From the NCBI GenBank assembly GCA_031414775.1, contig JANOQI010000046.1:64001-128000 (forward strand): DNA of 64,000 nt, read 5' to 3'. Source of the stretch: Synechococcales cyanobacterium VAR_4_metabat_354 (GTDB lineage Bacteria > Cyanobacteriota > Cyanobacteriia > Cyanobacteriales > Chamaesiphonaceae). The notes under the pieces were generated by a model that was given only the letters and a program-made list of their open reading frames with translations, searched no databases and was not told the origin of the DNA. This document shows, in pieces, positions 9,760-21,108 of the stretch. How positions within the stretch are numbered: the stretch's first letter is position 1; every line of letters begins with the position of its first letter. The position numbers were made by a program, and so were the translations under genes.

Positions 9760-12369
9760 TCAAGAGGTCGTAGTTGCGGCTGGTTTATTTTTAGCTTCCA
9801 AATTTTCCAAACGACTCTTCAGCTCTTGATTGACCTTTTTTACTTCATCTAACTCCTGTCGTAGTTGTTTCAACGCTGGATCAGTACCCGCATTTTTTTG
9901 CACTACTTGAATAGCCTCGTCGGCCATGCGCTTCACCCGCCCATCTGGACTCCCATTTGATAGCGATTGTAGTACCCCAATCGCTTTAATTGTTGTCATC
10001 TGTTTCAGAGACATCACTACTGATACTTGCGTGAGGAAGAAAGCCTCGCGTGCCAATTCTTGCAGTCGATCGAGAATCTTAGCCACATTCGGTGGAGACT
10101 GTTGCACTGAAATCCCTCCTAAGGCCCGGATGGCCGCGAGTCTTAGTGCCTGCGGTACACCAACTTCAGTATATTTCAACACCTGCTGCACTGCTTCTTC
10201 CGAATCACTGATTTTTGCCAGCCCACCGATTGCCCCGCTGCGGACTACTTCGTTCCAACCGCCGCGCGTTTCTAGCACTTGGGCAAGAAACTGAATCACC
10301 GTCGCTTGTTGGTCCTGTAAACTGGGTGCTACAACCAAGCTACCTAGAGCATTACAGGCCGCCGACTCCACATAATAGCTGGCATCTCCATCGGTCGCGA
10401 CTTTTTGGACTGCTGCCAAACTAGCTGTGGTTTTGAGCTTAGCTAAACAATCCACGATGGCACGGCGCACAAAAGGATCTTCATCGTTAATTTCACTTAC
10501 TAGTACTTCGATCGCCTGATCGAGTTGAATCTTGGCTAGAGACTCGGCGGCTTCTAAACGCACTGCCCAAAACTCTTCCTCCGCTAGGCATTTTGCCAAT
10601 GCTGCTACGGCAGCTAAGTTGCCTTTTTTGGCGATCGATCGCGCCGCAAACACCCGCGAAATTGGATCAGGATCGTGTTCTAACTGGGCAGATAGCTCAG
10701 CCAGCGGATATTCCAGCTCCACTGTTTTTAGATAATAGTTACCAATATCGAAACTGATAAAGTTGGGCTTGCTAGGCAAGGGAAAGTATAAAACTTGTTC
10801 TTTCTCGAAAACCCTGATCTTGAAGGGCTTAACTTCCACCTGTTCACCGTTAACATAGCCAAATCCAATCGGAATTTTCAGGTCGAAAAGATCGTTGGCG
10901 AGAGTGTGGATTCCTTCTATTGCCTGGGTTTGCTTGACCGTCACTTGAGCGGTACTGGTATCGCTATCCCAACTGTAAGAAATCTTGTAATCGGGATGAC
11001 CGCCCCGATACACGAATTGGTCGAAAAGAAACGCTAGATTGCGACCAGTGGCTTTATCGATCGATCGCAGCAAATCAATTGTTTCTACTGTCTGGTGGGC
11101 GTGATCTTGCACAAAAGTATGGATAAATTTATCAAATAATTCATCGCTACCTAATTCAGCCCGAATCATGTGGTAAACACAAGCACCCTTTTCATAGATA
11201 TGTCGATCATAGAGTTCGATCGCTTCCCGATAAATATTGGTGACGATCGGACGACGGTAACGATTACTATCCTCACCTAGATAGCTTTCCATCTCGCCTA
11301 GCATATAGTATGCCGCTTCGTCAGCGTCATACTCATGACCAGTCCACAAGACTTCAGCGTAGGAAGCCATCCCTTCCTTAATCCAAGCATGAGACCAATG
11401 TTTGATCACTACTAAATCCCCAAACCATTGGTGGGCTAATTCGTGTGCGACCAAGCTTTCGGTATTGTAATTGTCTAAACTAGCACGTTCGTCCAGCAAA
11501 CAGCGATCGGTTAACAACGTCGTGGCTGTATTTTCCATGCCCCCAAAGATAAAATCTTCAACGCAGACCTGGGCGTATTGCTCAAATGGATAGGGGTAGC
11601 CAAATTTTTGGCTGAAAAACTCAATCATGCGCGGCGTTTTGCCCATGCTGAGTTGGCCTTGTGCCTCTCGCCCTTTTTCAACATAATAATTAACCGGTTT
11701 ATCTCCATAGCTATCTTTGATTTCGGCAAAGCGACCCACGGCCAAGGTCATCAGGTAAGTGGGATGCACCTGCGGTTGTTGCCAATGATAGATTTTGTGC
11801 TCACCAGCTGTTTCGGTCTGGAACAGTTTGCCATTAGAGATAGCTATAAAGTCGGCGGGTACTGATACCCGGATTTCCGAGGTGGCCAGCTGGCCGGGGT
11901 AGTCAAAGCAAGGAAACCAAAACCGGGAATCTTCATCTTCGCCCTGCGTCCAGACTTGGGTTGCTTTGTTTGGATAATCGGCAGAAGGTTGAATAAAATA
12001 AATGCCGCGCTGGGGCTTGGTGACGGCGTAGTCGATCGATATCCCAACTGCTTGACCGGGGGTGAGGGCTGAGCCAATTTTAATCTGTAAGATCTCACCG
12101 TCGTGATCGAACTGCTGACTAACCCCATCAATTTTGACTGCTTTGATTTGCAGATCTACCGCATCCAAAACCAAAGAATCTACCTGAGATCGCACCGGAT
12201 TGAGCCGGATGTGACAATTGCCTTGTAGATGCTGATTGGGAATATCCAGAACGAGATCCAGAAAAATATGCTCCACCTGTCCTGGTCGATCAGGATTGTA
12301 GTGTGGACGAGCCCCCGGCATCTGAAAGGATTTGTGACTAGGGGCTTCATCAAAGTAGGAATGGGGCAT
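9760..12369 (-). CDS. M1 family aminopeptidase with HEAT repeats and C-terminal coiled coil
   Basis: GGMEN, HELAHQWFG...E (HExxH-x18-E) and YEKGA motifs; HEAT-like C-terminus. Confidence 0.93.
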   Translation of the reverse strand: MPHSYFDEAPSHKSFQMPGARPHYNPDRPGQVEHIFLDLVLDIPNQHLQGNCHIRLNPVRSQVDSLVLDAVDLQIKAVKIDGVSQQFDHDGEILQIKIGSALTPGQAVGISIDYAVTKPQRGIYFIQPSADYPNKATQVWTQGEDEDSRFWFPCFDYPGQLATSEIRVSVPADFIAISNGKLFQTETAGEHKIYHWQQPQVHPTYLMTLAVGRFAEIKDSYGDKPVNYYVEKGREAQGQLSMGKTPRMIEFFSQKFGYPYPFEQYAQVCVEDFIFGGMENTATTLLTDRCLLDERASLDNYNTESLVAHELAHQWFGDLVVIKHWSHAWIKEGMASYAEVLWTGHEYDADEAAYYMLGEMESYLGEDSNRYRRPIVTNIYREAIELYDRHIYEKGACVYHMIRAELGSDELFDKFIHTFVQDHAHQTVETIDLLRSIDKATGRNLAFLFDQFVYRGGHPDYKISYSWDSDTSTAQVTVKQTQAIEGIHTLANDLFDLKIPIGFGYVNGEQVEVKPFKIRVFEKEQVLYFPLPSKPNFISFDIGNYYLKTVELEYPLAELSAQLEHDPDPISRVFAARSIAKKGNLAAVAALAKCLAEEEFWAVRLEAAESLAKIQLDQAIEVLVSEINDEDPFVRRAIVDCLAKLKTTASLAAVQKVATDGDASYYVESAACNALGSLVVAPSLQDQQATVIQFLAQVLETRGGWNEVVRSGAIGGLAKISDSEEAVQQVLKYTEVGVPQALRLAAIRALGGISVQQSPPNVAKILDRLQELAREAFFLTQVSVVMSLKQMTTIKAIGVLQSLSNGSPDGRVKRMADEAIQVVQKNAGTDPALKQLRQELDEVKKVNQELKSRLENLEAKNKPAATTTS

Positions 12370-12514
12370 AGCAAGTTAGAAAGCGGTAGTTTTTTTATTG
12401 TACCTATTTGCCAGCACTCTGTCTGGCGCGTAATTCTATCTGTTTTGCTAAATTGGCCAGTCGATTGCTAAGTCTTGGCAGTATGATAAAGCCTGAAGAA
12501 CAGGGGATCAGCCA

Positions 12515-13690
12515 ATGAAATTACCAAAAAGAATCATGTTGTTGGGTGCCGGCGAGTTAGGCAAGGAATTTACCATCGCTGCCCAACGGCTGGGTCAATA
12601 TGTGGTGGCTGTCGATCGCTATGCCAACGCTCCGGCTATGCAAGTTGCCGATGCTAGCGCTGTCATCTCGATGCTCAATGGTGATGATCTAGAGCGGGTT
12701 GTGCGAGAATTTCAACCAGATATCATTGTCCCCGAAATCGAAGCAATTCGGACGGAAAAACTTCAGGAATTTGAACAGCGCGGCATCACTGTGATCCCTA
12801 CTGCTAAGGCTACCGACTACACCATGAATCGCGATCGGATTCGGGAGTTAGCCCACCGCGAGTTAGGCGTTCGGACTGCCAACTACGCCTATGCCAGCAC
12901 CTTAGAAGGAATGATGGTCGCCTCAGACCACATCGGTTTCCCCAATGTGGTAAAGCCGGTGATGTCTTCTTCTGGTAAAGGGCAATCCGTCGTAAAAAGT
13001 GCTGTTGATGTTGAGCAAGCTTGGCAATACGCTATCGAAGGCTCCCGAGGTGACAGTCACAAAGTGATCATTGAAGAATTTATTAACTTCCAGCTAGAAA
13101 TTACGCTACTGACTATTAAGCAATGGCAAGGAGCCACCCTTTTTTGCGATCCGATCGGACATCGGCAAGAGCGCGGTGACTATCAAGAATCTTGGCAACC
13201 TGCTGTTTTAAGTAAGCAACAATTATCGGAGGCGCAATCAATCGCCACCCAAGTAACAGATGCCCTGGGTGGTGCAGGGATATTTGGCGTAGAGTTTTTC
13301 GTTACCCAAAGCGAGGTGATTTTCTCTGAGCTTTCACCCCGTCCCCACGATACGGGGATGGTGACACTGATTTCTCAAAATCTCAACGAATTTGAGTTAC
13401 ATCTACGCGCTGTCCTCGGTTTGCCTATTCCGGTAATCAGACAGTTGGGTTCTGCTGCCAGTGCTGTGATCTTGGCTGATAGTCAGTCCCAGAATATCTA
13501 TTTTACTGGCGTGGAAAAAGCTTTGGCCGAGCCAGATGTCGATATTAAGCTATTTGGCAAACCCGATAGCCGTCCCTATCGCCGCATGGGGGTAGCATTG
13601 GCCACTGCCGCATCTACCGATGAAGCCCGTTTGAAAGCAGCCAAGGCAGCCAGCTTAGTGCAAGTAAATTCAACGAGCCAACCAGCGTAA
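12515..13690 (+). CDS. purT: Formate-dependent phosphoribosylglycinamide formyltransferase
   Basis: [41 protein letters not shown]. Confidence 0.97.
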   Translation: MKLPKRIMLLGAGELGKEFTIAAQRLGQYVVAVDRYANAPAMQVADASAVISMLNGDDLERVVREFQPDIIVPEIEAIRTEKLQEFEQRGITVIPTAKATDYTMNRDRIRELAHRELGVRTANYAYASTLEGMMVASDHIGFPNVVKPVMSSSGKGQSVVKSAVDVEQAWQYAIEGSRGDSHKVIIEEFINFQLEITLLTIKQWQGATLFCDPIGHRQERGDYQESWQPAVLSKQQLSEAQSIATQVTDALGGAGIFGVEFFVTQSEVIFSELSPRPHDTGMVTLISQNLNEFELHLRAVLGLPIPVIRQLGSAASAVILADSQSQNIYFTGVEKALAEPDVDIKLFGKPDSRPYRRMGVALATAASTDEARLKAAKAASLVQVNSTSQPA

Positions 13691-13939
13691 TAATTGGGCT
13701 AGTTCCCAGAGCCGATCAACCTGACCGGCTTGGCTCTGATAAATTTGGCGGAGTTGTAAAAATTGCAGCTGCTGCTCAGCCAATACCAAAGGTGCAAACC
13801 GCAACTGTTCACTATGGATAATAGCTTTTTCCAAGACCGCACTCACCATCATGATTTTGGGGCGGCAGCACCATAATCTGACGGCTATCGTCCAGCAGAC
13901 CAACGAAATTAAAATATTGATGACTAACACTACCAACAT
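13670..13939 (-). CDS. Small hypothetical membrane protein
   Basis: N-terminal TM helix; ATG 10 nt after the stop of the upstream gene. Confidence 0.6.
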   Translation of the reverse strand: MLVVLVINILISLVCWTIAVRLWCCRPKIMMVSAVLEKAIIHSEQLRFAPLVLAEQQLQFLQLRQIYQSQAGQVDRLWELAQLLRWLAR

Positions 13940-13949
13940 CTAAAACCTG

Positions 13950-14642
13950 CTAAGGCATCCATTCCAAACCAATTCCTACCCGACTGTCTTTGCTTTCGCG
14001 GGCATTTTGGAATTGGATTTCTCCAGAAATCCGGAGCTGATTGGTTAAAGCATAGCCTGCTATCAACGTCGAAATGCCCACTTCTTCACTGCTGCCCAAA
14101 CCCACCCAACTCTGTTGCAGGGTAATGTCACCGCCGCCGCCGCGTGCTGGCACCAGCAATAACTTGATCCCCAAATTGAGACCATCACGATTATAGACAG
14201 CGGACTCTAGATGCCGATAACCGACTACCGGGGAGAAATTGATATATCCGCCCAGTGGTAAGACATAGTAGTTAATATCCGCTCCGTAAGAATTAAACTT
14301 GGCCTGATTATTCCAGTTGGCATTGAGTGCCCATCCCGATCGATCGATCAACAAATCACTAACACCCACATCAAAACCACCAGCCTGATTATTGGCCGGA
14401 TATTGGGAGTAACCTAATCGAAATCTCGTCCGAAAACTAGGATCGTTTTGAATTTCGGCTCCAACATCAGGAATTTTTTGTAGCCACCGCTGCAACACCG
14501 GGCTATTACGAATAATCTCGGGATCAATATCGATCTGTGGCGGTGGTGTGGCAGCGGGAATATTCTGAGCAGCAACCTCTGTAGCTGCTAAAACAGCTGG
14601 CAGCCACAGAAACTGCCATAAGATGGAGAGTTTTAAGCGCAC
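13950..14642 (-). CDS. Hypothetical exported beta-strand-rich (outer-membrane-like) protein
   Basis: Signal peptide; DPEIIRNSPVLQRWLQKIPDV...DPSFRTR; ends GIGLEWMP. Confidence 0.75.
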   Translation of the reverse strand: MRLKLSILWQFLWLPAVLAATEVAAQNIPAATPPPQIDIDPEIIRNSPVLQRWLQKIPDVGAEIQNDPSFRTRFRLGYSQYPANNQAGGFDVGVSDLLIDRSGWALNANWNNQAKFNSYGADINYYVLPLGGYINFSPVVGYRHLESAVYNRDGLNLGIKLLLVPARGGGGDITLQQSWVGLGSSEEVGISTLIAGYALTNQLRISGEIQFQNARESKDSRVGIGLEWMP

Positions 14643-14712
14643 AAAATATAGAGGAATGGAGACTTGGCTATTTTAACCGCAATTAATTCCCTTTAGTAGA
14701 GTCTGGATCATA

Positions 14713-15672
14713 CTAATTCAGTACTAGTTTAATTTGAGACAAGAGTAGTTGATTGTGATGACGATCTGCTAAATCTCTTGCTCTGAACCAGTCCTTGCTG
14801 GCTGCTTCCGGATTTGGCTGATGGTGCATCGCCCAACCACGATAAAAATAGCCGTACTCATCGTTGGCGTAGAGATCAACGCCCTCTTGCTCTTCCCACC
14901 TTTGACCAAATTCAAAACTGTACTGCGCGGCGGCTAGATCTGTTTGATAGTCAACGGCCAGCTTGCCCAATACATAATACAGCGGTGGATACTGAGGCCG
15001 TAGCTCGATTGCTTGCGCAATAGTACGCTGAGCCATTTCTAATTCACCTAAATGGGTCTGCACCAAACTCAAATAGTAATGAGGATGGAAAAAATCAGGC
15101 TTGAGTTCGATCGATCGCTGAAAATCATCACGGGCAGCCGTCACATTACCCAAGCGCATTTGGATGATCCCGCGACTGTGGTGGGCTTCGGCCAAGTCTG
15201 GCTGATGGTCGATCGCCTGGTTATAGTCATTCAGCGCTGCTGCGTTTTGACCAGTAGCCATCAAAATTGCACCTCTTCCCAAATAAGCTTCAGCTTGTTT
15301 GGGATTCAGCTTTAGCGACCGGCCAAAATCGATGGCCGCTTTTTCCGGTTCACCAGTCCGATAAAAAATCTTACCCCGGTTGCAGTAAAGCTGTGACCTA
15401 CGACAATGCAGCTTTTCGGCTCGCGAATAGTGTCGTAAGGCTCCTTCATAATCGCCTTTGGCGGCTGTTAGGTCGCCGAGTAAACAGAACAGTACAATCA
15501 GCCCAAACCAAATCACTGCCGCCAAAATTGGAATACCTAGCGCAAATATTAAGCCTCCCCGCTGCGCGCTCCAGACCATCAGCAGCACCAATAAGGCTAA
15601 CCCTCCAAATCCTCCAAAGGTCAGATTCCCATAGGGTAAAAATTTTGAATTCAACCGTCTGCTCCTATCCAA
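14713..15672 (-). CDS. Membrane-anchored TPR protein
   Basis: Two TM helices followed by several TPR repeats (AYLGRG, AHHSRG). Confidence 0.85.
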   Translation of the reverse strand: MDRSRRLNSKFLPYGNLTFGGFGGLALLVLLMVWSAQRGGLIFALGIPILAAVIWFGLIVLFCLLGDLTAAKGDYEGALRHYSRAEKLHCRRSQLYCNRGKIFYRTGEPEKAAIDFGRSLKLNPKQAEAYLGRGAILMATGQNAAALNDYNQAIDHQPDLAEAHHSRGIIQMRLGNVTAARDDFQRSIELKPDFFHPHYYLSLVQTHLGELEMAQRTIAQAIELRPQYPPLYYVLGKLAVDYQTDLAAAQYSFEFGQRWEEQEGVDLYANDEYGYFYRGWAMHHQPNPEAASKDWFRARDLADRHHNQLLLSQIKLVLN

Positions 15673-15888
15673 GATTTATAAATTTATTTGTAAATATGGG
15701 CACTCTAACCACTTAGTCGATGTCTAATTAGCTTAAGCAACAAGGGTTCTTACTGTAACTTAGCTACAGAAACTACCAGCTATTACTTTAGAGGTACTTA
15801 CTCCGATCGATCTATAAAATATATCCAGATCTTATTACGATTTGTTAAGCATTGAAGAATTGATTTTCAGTGTACAATCAGGTTATAG

Positions 15889-15906
15889 TTTACAAACGTT
15901 TACATT
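15889..15906 (+). promoter_or_regulatory. HLR1 (RpaB-binding) direct repeat
   Basis: TTTACAAA-CG-TTTACATT matches (G/T)TTACA(T/A)(T/A)-N2 repeat exactly. Confidence 0.6.
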
Positions 15907-16045
15907 CCAATAATTTTTTCCTCAAGATCAATATCTGACGGCGACTGTACCGGAAATCACCAGTAAGCAGTTGGATCTATATTAAAGATTGCAAATTGCT
16001 CATTAAACCAAGCCACAAATAATAGCTTACCCTGGAGTCTATCAA

Positions 16046-16198
16046 GTGTTCGACCCAATCAATGCTACTACTTCTGTCCGGATTCTGTGTAATGCTTATC
16101 TCTATTCCTGTATAGCTTTGGTAGGATTTAGCTACTTTGGTTATTGGGTTCTTAATCAGTTAGAGAAATCGCCGGAACAATCTCAGCAGTCCCATTAG
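16046..16198 (+). CDS. Unlisted 50-aa single-TM small protein
   Basis: GTG start with GGAG 8 nt upstream; MFDPINATTSVRILCNAYLYSCIALVGFSYFGYWVLNQLEKSPEQSQQSH*. Confidence 0.5.
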   Translation: MFDPINATTSVRILCNAYLYSCIALVGFSYFGYWVLNQLEKSPEQSQQSH

Positions 16199-16271
16199 TC
16201 TGCTGTAGTCCCTGCTTAACTGATCTCCTTCCTGTTATCTTGATGGATGGTAACTTTTTGCTCTACCAGTC

Positions 16272-16907
16272 ATGACTAACGAACTAGAAAACTTTCAAAT
16301 CTGTGATCGAGATTTGGATAAAGCTCTACTCGATCAATATCTTCAAGCTGATTCGATCGCCATCGATACAGAAACGATGGGTTTGAATTACCAAAGAGAT
16401 CGCCTTTGTTTGGTTCAACTTTGTGCAACTGGGCTAGTTACGATAATTCGTATTGCTCCCGATCAGACTAGTGCCCCTCATCTTCAGCGGCTGATGAGTG
16501 CAGCACACATTACTAAAGTTTTTCACTTCGCTCGGTTCGATGTGGCTCAATTGCGCCATCGGCTGAATATTGAAACCACTCCTATTTTTTGTACAAAAAT
16601 CGCCAGCAAGTTAGTTAGAACCTATTCTTCTCGTCATGGCCTGAAAGAACTCGTGTTTCAGCTAGAGGGTGTAGAGTTGGACAAATCTTCGCAATGTTCA
16701 GACTGGGGTAATGCCGCCAACTTGTCGGATGAGCAACTGCACTATGCCGCTAATGATGTGCGTTACCTGATCAGTATCAAAGACAAGCTAAGTGAAATGT
16801 TAAAGAGAGAAAACCGCTGGGAGCTGGCTCAGGATTGTTTTCAAGCTCTGCCCGTCTTGATTTCACTGGACATCTTACAGTACGGTGATATTTTCTCTCA
16901 TCATTAG
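16272..16907 (+). CDS. rnd: Ribonuclease D-like 3'-5' exonuclease
   Basis: [37 protein letters not shown] (DEDDy). Confidence 0.9.
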   Translation: MTNELENFQICDRDLDKALLDQYLQADSIAIDTETMGLNYQRDRLCLVQLCATGLVTIIRIAPDQTSAPHLQRLMSAAHITKVFHFARFDVAQLRHRLNIETTPIFCTKIASKLVRTYSSRHGLKELVFQLEGVELDKSSQCSDWGNAANLSDEQLHYAANDVRYLISIKDKLSEMLKRENRWELAQDCFQALPVLISLDILQYGDIFSHH

Positions 16908-16912
16908 AAATC

Positions 16913-17683
16913 ATGCTCGCTAAAAGAATTTTGCCCTGCCTTGATGTTAAAGGTGGTCGGGTCGTCAAAGGGGTTAACTTCGTCGGATTACGGGATGCCG
17001 GCGACCCGGTAGAATTAGCTAAAACCTATAATGATGCTGGTGCTGATGAGTTAGTATTTCTAGATATTACTGCTAGTCATGAAGGTCGTCAGACCATTGT
17101 AGATGTAGTATATCGAACGGCTGAACAGGTCTTTATTCCGCTCACTGTGGGTGGGGGTATTCAGTCGGTAGATGATATTAAAATCCTGCTGCGGGCGGGT
17201 GCGGACAAAGTTAGTCTCAATTCCGCAGCGGTCAAAAACCCTAATTTAATCAATCAAGCTAGTGATCGGTTTGGCAACCAGTGCATTGTGGTAGCGATCG
17301 ATGCCAAGCGTCGCCACAATCCTGATGGTACGGTGGGCTGGGATGTTTATGTTAAAGGCGGCCGCGAGAATACTGGTCTGGATGCGATTACTTGGGCGCA
17401 GGATGTGACTCAACGGGGCGCAGGTGAATTACTAGTTACTAGTATGGATGCTGATGGCACCAAAGCTGGTTATGACATAGAACTAACAAGATCGATCACT
17501 GATGCGGTGGAAATTCCGGTGATTGCTTCTGGTGGCGCGGGTACCTGTGAGCATATTCATCAGGCCGTAACCACTGGTAAGGCAGAGGCCGCGCTGTTGG
17601 CATCCTTGCTTCATAACTGTGAGCTAACTGTTAAGGAAATTAAAGATTATTTACATAAACAGCAGGTAATTGTCCGTCGTTGA
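16913..17683 (+). CDS. hisF: Imidazole glycerol phosphate synthase subunit HisF
   Basis: [46 protein letters not shown]. Confidence 0.98.
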   Translation: MLAKRILPCLDVKGGRVVKGVNFVGLRDAGDPVELAKTYNDAGADELVFLDITASHEGRQTIVDVVYRTAEQVFIPLTVGGGIQSVDDIKILLRAGADKVSLNSAAVKNPNLINQASDRFGNQCIVVAIDAKRRHNPDGTVGWDVYVKGGRENTGLDAITWAQDVTQRGAGELLVTSMDADGTKAGYDIELTRSITDAVEIPVIASGGAGTCEHIHQAVTTGKAEAALLASLLHNCELTVKEIKDYLHKQQVIVRR

Positions 17684-17810
17684 TTCTGTCCAAGGCTCAG
17701 TTACAATTCTTTAGAAAAGATTAAAGTGTTGTGGTTCCTGTATCAGAGACTGGAAAGTAATTGTTTTGTGCGGTAGGATAATGAAAAGCAATATGTAAAC
17801 TTTTATTAAA

Positions 17811-18014
17811 ATGTTGATTGGATTAATCATACTAGATATGGCGCTGGCAACTTGGTCGCTGCGCTTGATGCAAGCAGCTAGCGATCGGAAAGAGTTCTCA
17901 TTATTCTTGGCTGGTATCTTGGTGGCAATGGCGGGTGCTGGTTCGATCGCCGTCTATACGCTAATGAACAGCTATATGTGCTTTTTAGATACCATTGCCC
18001 AACGGGGTTATTAG
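17811..18014 (+). CDS. Small two-TM hypothetical protein
   Basis: 67-aa ORF with two hydrophobic segments; resembles the small gene often found after cyanobacterial hisF (from recall). Confidence 0.65.
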   Translation: MLIGLIILDMALATWSLRLMQAASDRKEFSLFLAGILVAMAGAGSIAVYTLMNSYMCFLDTIAQRGY

Positions 18015-18064
18015 CCTAATGTTGACAAACACAGCTTTTATGGCGTAACTTAGATGATGTACTT

Positions 18065-18137
18065 GGGGTCATAACTCAGTTGGTAGAGTGTCACGATGGC
18101 ATCGTGAAAGCCAGCGGTTCGAGTCCGCTTGACTCCA
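18065..18137 (+). tRNA. tRNA-Ala(GGC)
   Basis: Cloverleaf: GGGGTCA/TGACTCC acceptor stem with G3:U70, anticodon arm TCACG-ATGGCAT-CGTGA, T-arm AGCGG-TTCGAGT-CCGCT; CCA not encoded. Confidence 0.96.
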
Positions 18138-18305
18138 TTAAGTTTTCTAGAGCCGCTCTGTCTGAAATATTCTTGAATCATAGTCAGCAATGGCAATCCA
18201 GGGAAATTTAGATTGTAGTCGATCGCTGGCAGCTATCCCCAACAACTAAATACCTAATCTCCCCGGTTGAATCGCCACTTCATCAGTAGAAAGCAGTTCA
18301 GCACA

Positions 18306-18617
18306 CTACCATTTGAGCAAATTGAACTGTTCCATATCCACTGTCATCCGGTTCCGGTAGATGGCGAGGACAATTGCCAGACCAACAGCTGCTTCTGCCG
18401 CTGCAATCGCAATTACAAACACTGCAAATACTTGGCCTTTGATGCCCACTGGATCGATAAAGTTAGAGAACCCCATTAAATTGAGATTGACGGCATTAAG
18501 CATCAGTTCGATCGACATTAGTACTCGTACCGCGTTACGGCTGGTGACTAATCCATAGATACCAATACAAAAAAGAGCAGCAGCGATGACCAGAAAATAA
18601 GAAAGTTGTAATTGCAT
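18306..18617 (-). CDS. ndhE: NDH-1 subunit E (NuoK)
   Basis: [40 protein letters not shown]. Confidence 0.97.
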   Translation of the reverse strand: MQLQLSYFLVIAAALFCIGIYGLVTSRNAVRVLMSIELMLNAVNLNLMGFSNFIDPVGIKGQVFAVFVIAIAAAEAAVGLAIVLAIYRNRMTVDMEQFNLLKW

Positions 18618-18656
18618 AAAATTAGTAATCTTAATAATTAAGTGATATCTAAAAAA

Positions 18657-19244
18657 CTATTTACCAACTAGCTCCCTGGCTCTTTCTGGCAAGTTGAGCG
18701 CCGATTCTTCGGTGTTTTCACCTGGAACATCAGGAATAAACTCCCGCCGCGCCAAAACAATCGCTCCAATCATGGCAATGAGTAACAAAACCGAAGACAG
18801 CTCGAAGGGCAGCAAGAAGTCGGTGAAGAAGTGCTTGGCTAAAGGCACCAAAGAACCAACTGGCGAAGTTTCCGTCGATATCTGCCAAGGTGTGATCACT
18901 GCTACGGTAGAAAGTAGAGCAAACAGACCAGCACAGACCGCCGCCGCACTGATTCGTCCTACCCACAGATTTTTAGTGGGTTTGAAATCTTCTCTCTTGT
19001 TTACCAGCATAATTGCAAACAGAATCAAGACATTGACCGCTCCGACATAAATCAGGATCTGGGCAGCCGAGACAAAATCGGCATTGAGCAAAATATACAG
19101 CCCCGCCATACTGATAAAAACGCCGCCCAGCAAAAACGCGGAGTAGACAATATTACTGAGTAATACTACGCCTAGAGCAGTCCCTAGCATTAAAACCGAG
19201 AGAATGACGAAGGAGATGAATTGGACACCTTGGGGAATATTCAT
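18657..19244 (-). CDS. ndhG: NDH-1 subunit G (NuoJ)
   Basis: AAQILIYVGAVNVLILFAIMLVN; LLPFEL. Confidence 0.96.
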   Translation of the reverse strand: MNIPQGVQFISFVILSVLMLGTALGVVLLSNIVYSAFLLGGVFISMAGLYILLNADFVSAAQILIYVGAVNVLILFAIMLVNKREDFKPTKNLWVGRISAAAVCAGLFALLSTVAVITPWQISTETSPVGSLVPLAKHFFTDFLLPFELSSVLLLIAMIGAIVLARREFIPDVPGENTEESALNLPERARELVGK

Positions 19245-19247
19245 AAC

Positions 19248-19841
19248 TTATTTATCAGAGGACGCGTTGGAGGCATTAATTTCTTCAGGACGTTGGCCAG
19301 CGCGTTGCGCGTCAGCAGGCAGATCGTGGGGATCCATTACGCCTTTGGGCAGATAAGCAAGAGTGCGGAGCGGAGTAACCATTGGGTCGTTGGTAACTTT
19401 ATAGGGCAACCGACCCAATGCCACACTGTCATAATTCAGCTCATGTCGATCGTAAGTCGATAACTCATACTCTTCGGTCATTGATAAACAATTGGTGGGG
19501 CAATATTCCACACAGTTGCCACAGAAAATACAAACGCCAAAATCGATGCTGTAAGCATCCAGTTTCTTCTTTTTGCTGGCCTTATCAAACTGGTAATCGA
19601 CAACCGGCAGGTTAATGGGACAGACCCGCACGCAGACTTCGCAGGCAATGCATTTATCAAATTCAAAGTGAATCCGCCCCCGAAAACGCTCGGAAGGAAT
19701 CAGCTTTTCGTAGGGGTACTGCACCGTAATGGGGCGGCGCTGCATGTGGTCAAAAGTCACCGCCATGCCCTGGCCAATATACTTGGCAGACTGGACGGTT
19801 TCTTTGCCGTAGTCTACTACTTGCTTTAAGAACTTCAACAT
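19248..19841 (-). CDS. ndhI: NDH-1 subunit I
   Basis: [12 protein letters not shown] and [12 protein letters not shown] 4Fe-4S motifs. Confidence 0.97.
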   Translation of the reverse strand: MLKFLKQVVDYGKETVQSAKYIGQGMAVTFDHMQRRPITVQYPYEKLIPSERFRGRIHFEFDKCIACEVCVRVCPINLPVVDYQFDKASKKKKLDAYSIDFGVCIFCGNCVEYCPTNCLSMTEEYELSTYDRHELNYDSVALGRLPYKVTNDPMVTPLRTLAYLPKGVMDPHDLPADAQRAGQRPEEINASNASSDK

Positions 19842-19875
19842 AGGAGGTAAATCTCTTGGGAATTAATGTAACAGC

Positions 19876-20994
19876 CTAGCCACCAAAAAATGCTGGGAAG
19901 GTGATTTTGAAAGCGGCGGTGAGTAGTAAGTTAGCGAGGGCGATCGGCAATAGAAATTTCCAACCAAGGTTGAGGAGTTGATCGATCCGTACTCGGGGCA
20001 CTGTCCAGCGGGTTAAAACCGCCAAGAACACCAGCAAATAGGCTTTGAGCACCGTCATTGTGATCCCTAGAGAAGCATCAATGACCTGCAACCAGGAGCT
20101 ATCCGGGCTAGCATTTAGCCATTTACCAATTAGTTCGATCGGAATGGGGCTAGACCAGCCGCCTAAATAGAGAATTGCGACAAAGAGCGCTGATAACACC
20201 AAGTTAACGTAGGAAGCGATATAAAACAGCGCAAACTTCATCCCGGCATATTCAGTCTGATAACCAGCTACTAATTCTTCTTCAGCTTCTGGCAAGTCAA
20301 ATGGTAATCTTTCGCACTCGGCTAAGGCTGCAATCCAAAAAATCACAAAGCCAAAGGGCTGCCGCCAGATATTCCAGGAAAGAATACCCCATCCAGCCTG
20401 CTGCTCGACGATATCGATCGTACTCAAGCTATTCGACATCATCACCACGGCCAAGACGGCTAAGGCTAGGGGAATTTCGTAGCTAATGGATTGAGCAGCT
20501 GCTCTTAAACCACCCAGTAACGAATACTTATTATTAGAAGCATAGCCAGACATTAAGAGTCCGATCGGAGCAATGCTGGAAAGAGCAATCCACAAAAATA
20601 CGCCAGTGGAGATATTGGTGACTACCAGGTTTTGGCCAAAGGGCACAATTAGATACGACAAGAAAACTGGCAGCACCACCAAGATCGGTCCCATAGTGAA
20701 GAGATAGGGATCAGCCTTGGCGGGCAAAATATCTTCTTTAAAAAGGAGCTTGAGGCCGTCAGCCACCGGCTGGAGGACTCCCAACGGTCCCGCGAATTCT
20801 GGTCCAATACGCTGTTGGGCGGCAGCAGATACCTTTCGTTCTAGCCAGACATTTACGAAAACGCCCAAAGTTGCTCCAATTAGCATTAGTAACATGGGAA
20901 AAGGCATCCACAATACCTTAGCCAAATCGGCCGCAATGCCCAAATCACCAAGGGATTCGATAAAAGTTCCTTGTAAGTCAATACCTGAATTCAT
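19876..20994 (-). CDS. ndhA: NDH-1 subunit A (NuoH)
   Basis: [36 protein letters not shown]. Confidence 0.97.
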   Translation of the reverse strand: MNSGIDLQGTFIESLGDLGIAADLAKVLWMPFPMLLMLIGATLGVFVNVWLERKVSAAAQQRIGPEFAGPLGVLQPVADGLKLLFKEDILPAKADPYLFTMGPILVVLPVFLSYLIVPFGQNLVVTNISTGVFLWIALSSIAPIGLLMSGYASNNKYSLLGGLRAAAQSISYEIPLALAVLAVVMMSNSLSTIDIVEQQAGWGILSWNIWRQPFGFVIFWIAALAECERLPFDLPEAEEELVAGYQTEYAGMKFALFYIASYVNLVLSALFVAILYLGGWSSPIPIELIGKWLNASPDSSWLQVIDASLGITMTVLKAYLLVFLAVLTRWTVPRVRIDQLLNLGWKFLLPIALANLLLTAAFKITFPAFFGG

Positions 20995-21108
20995 TCCAAC
21001 CTCTTATCTTGACCGTAGGAGAATCATCATTATTGTAGGCGGTTTAGAGCCATGCTGTAGCCCAGTATATCTTGCTCTGAGCCAGAATACATTCAGTTTG
21101 ACCATAGG

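Noticed and set aside
15754..15768. TGTAACTTAGCTACA as an NtcA site
   Set aside because: Spacer is N7, not N8
18096..18102. A32-U38 in the tRNA anticodon loop
   Set aside because: Known conserved feature of tRNA-Ala(GGC), not an anomaly
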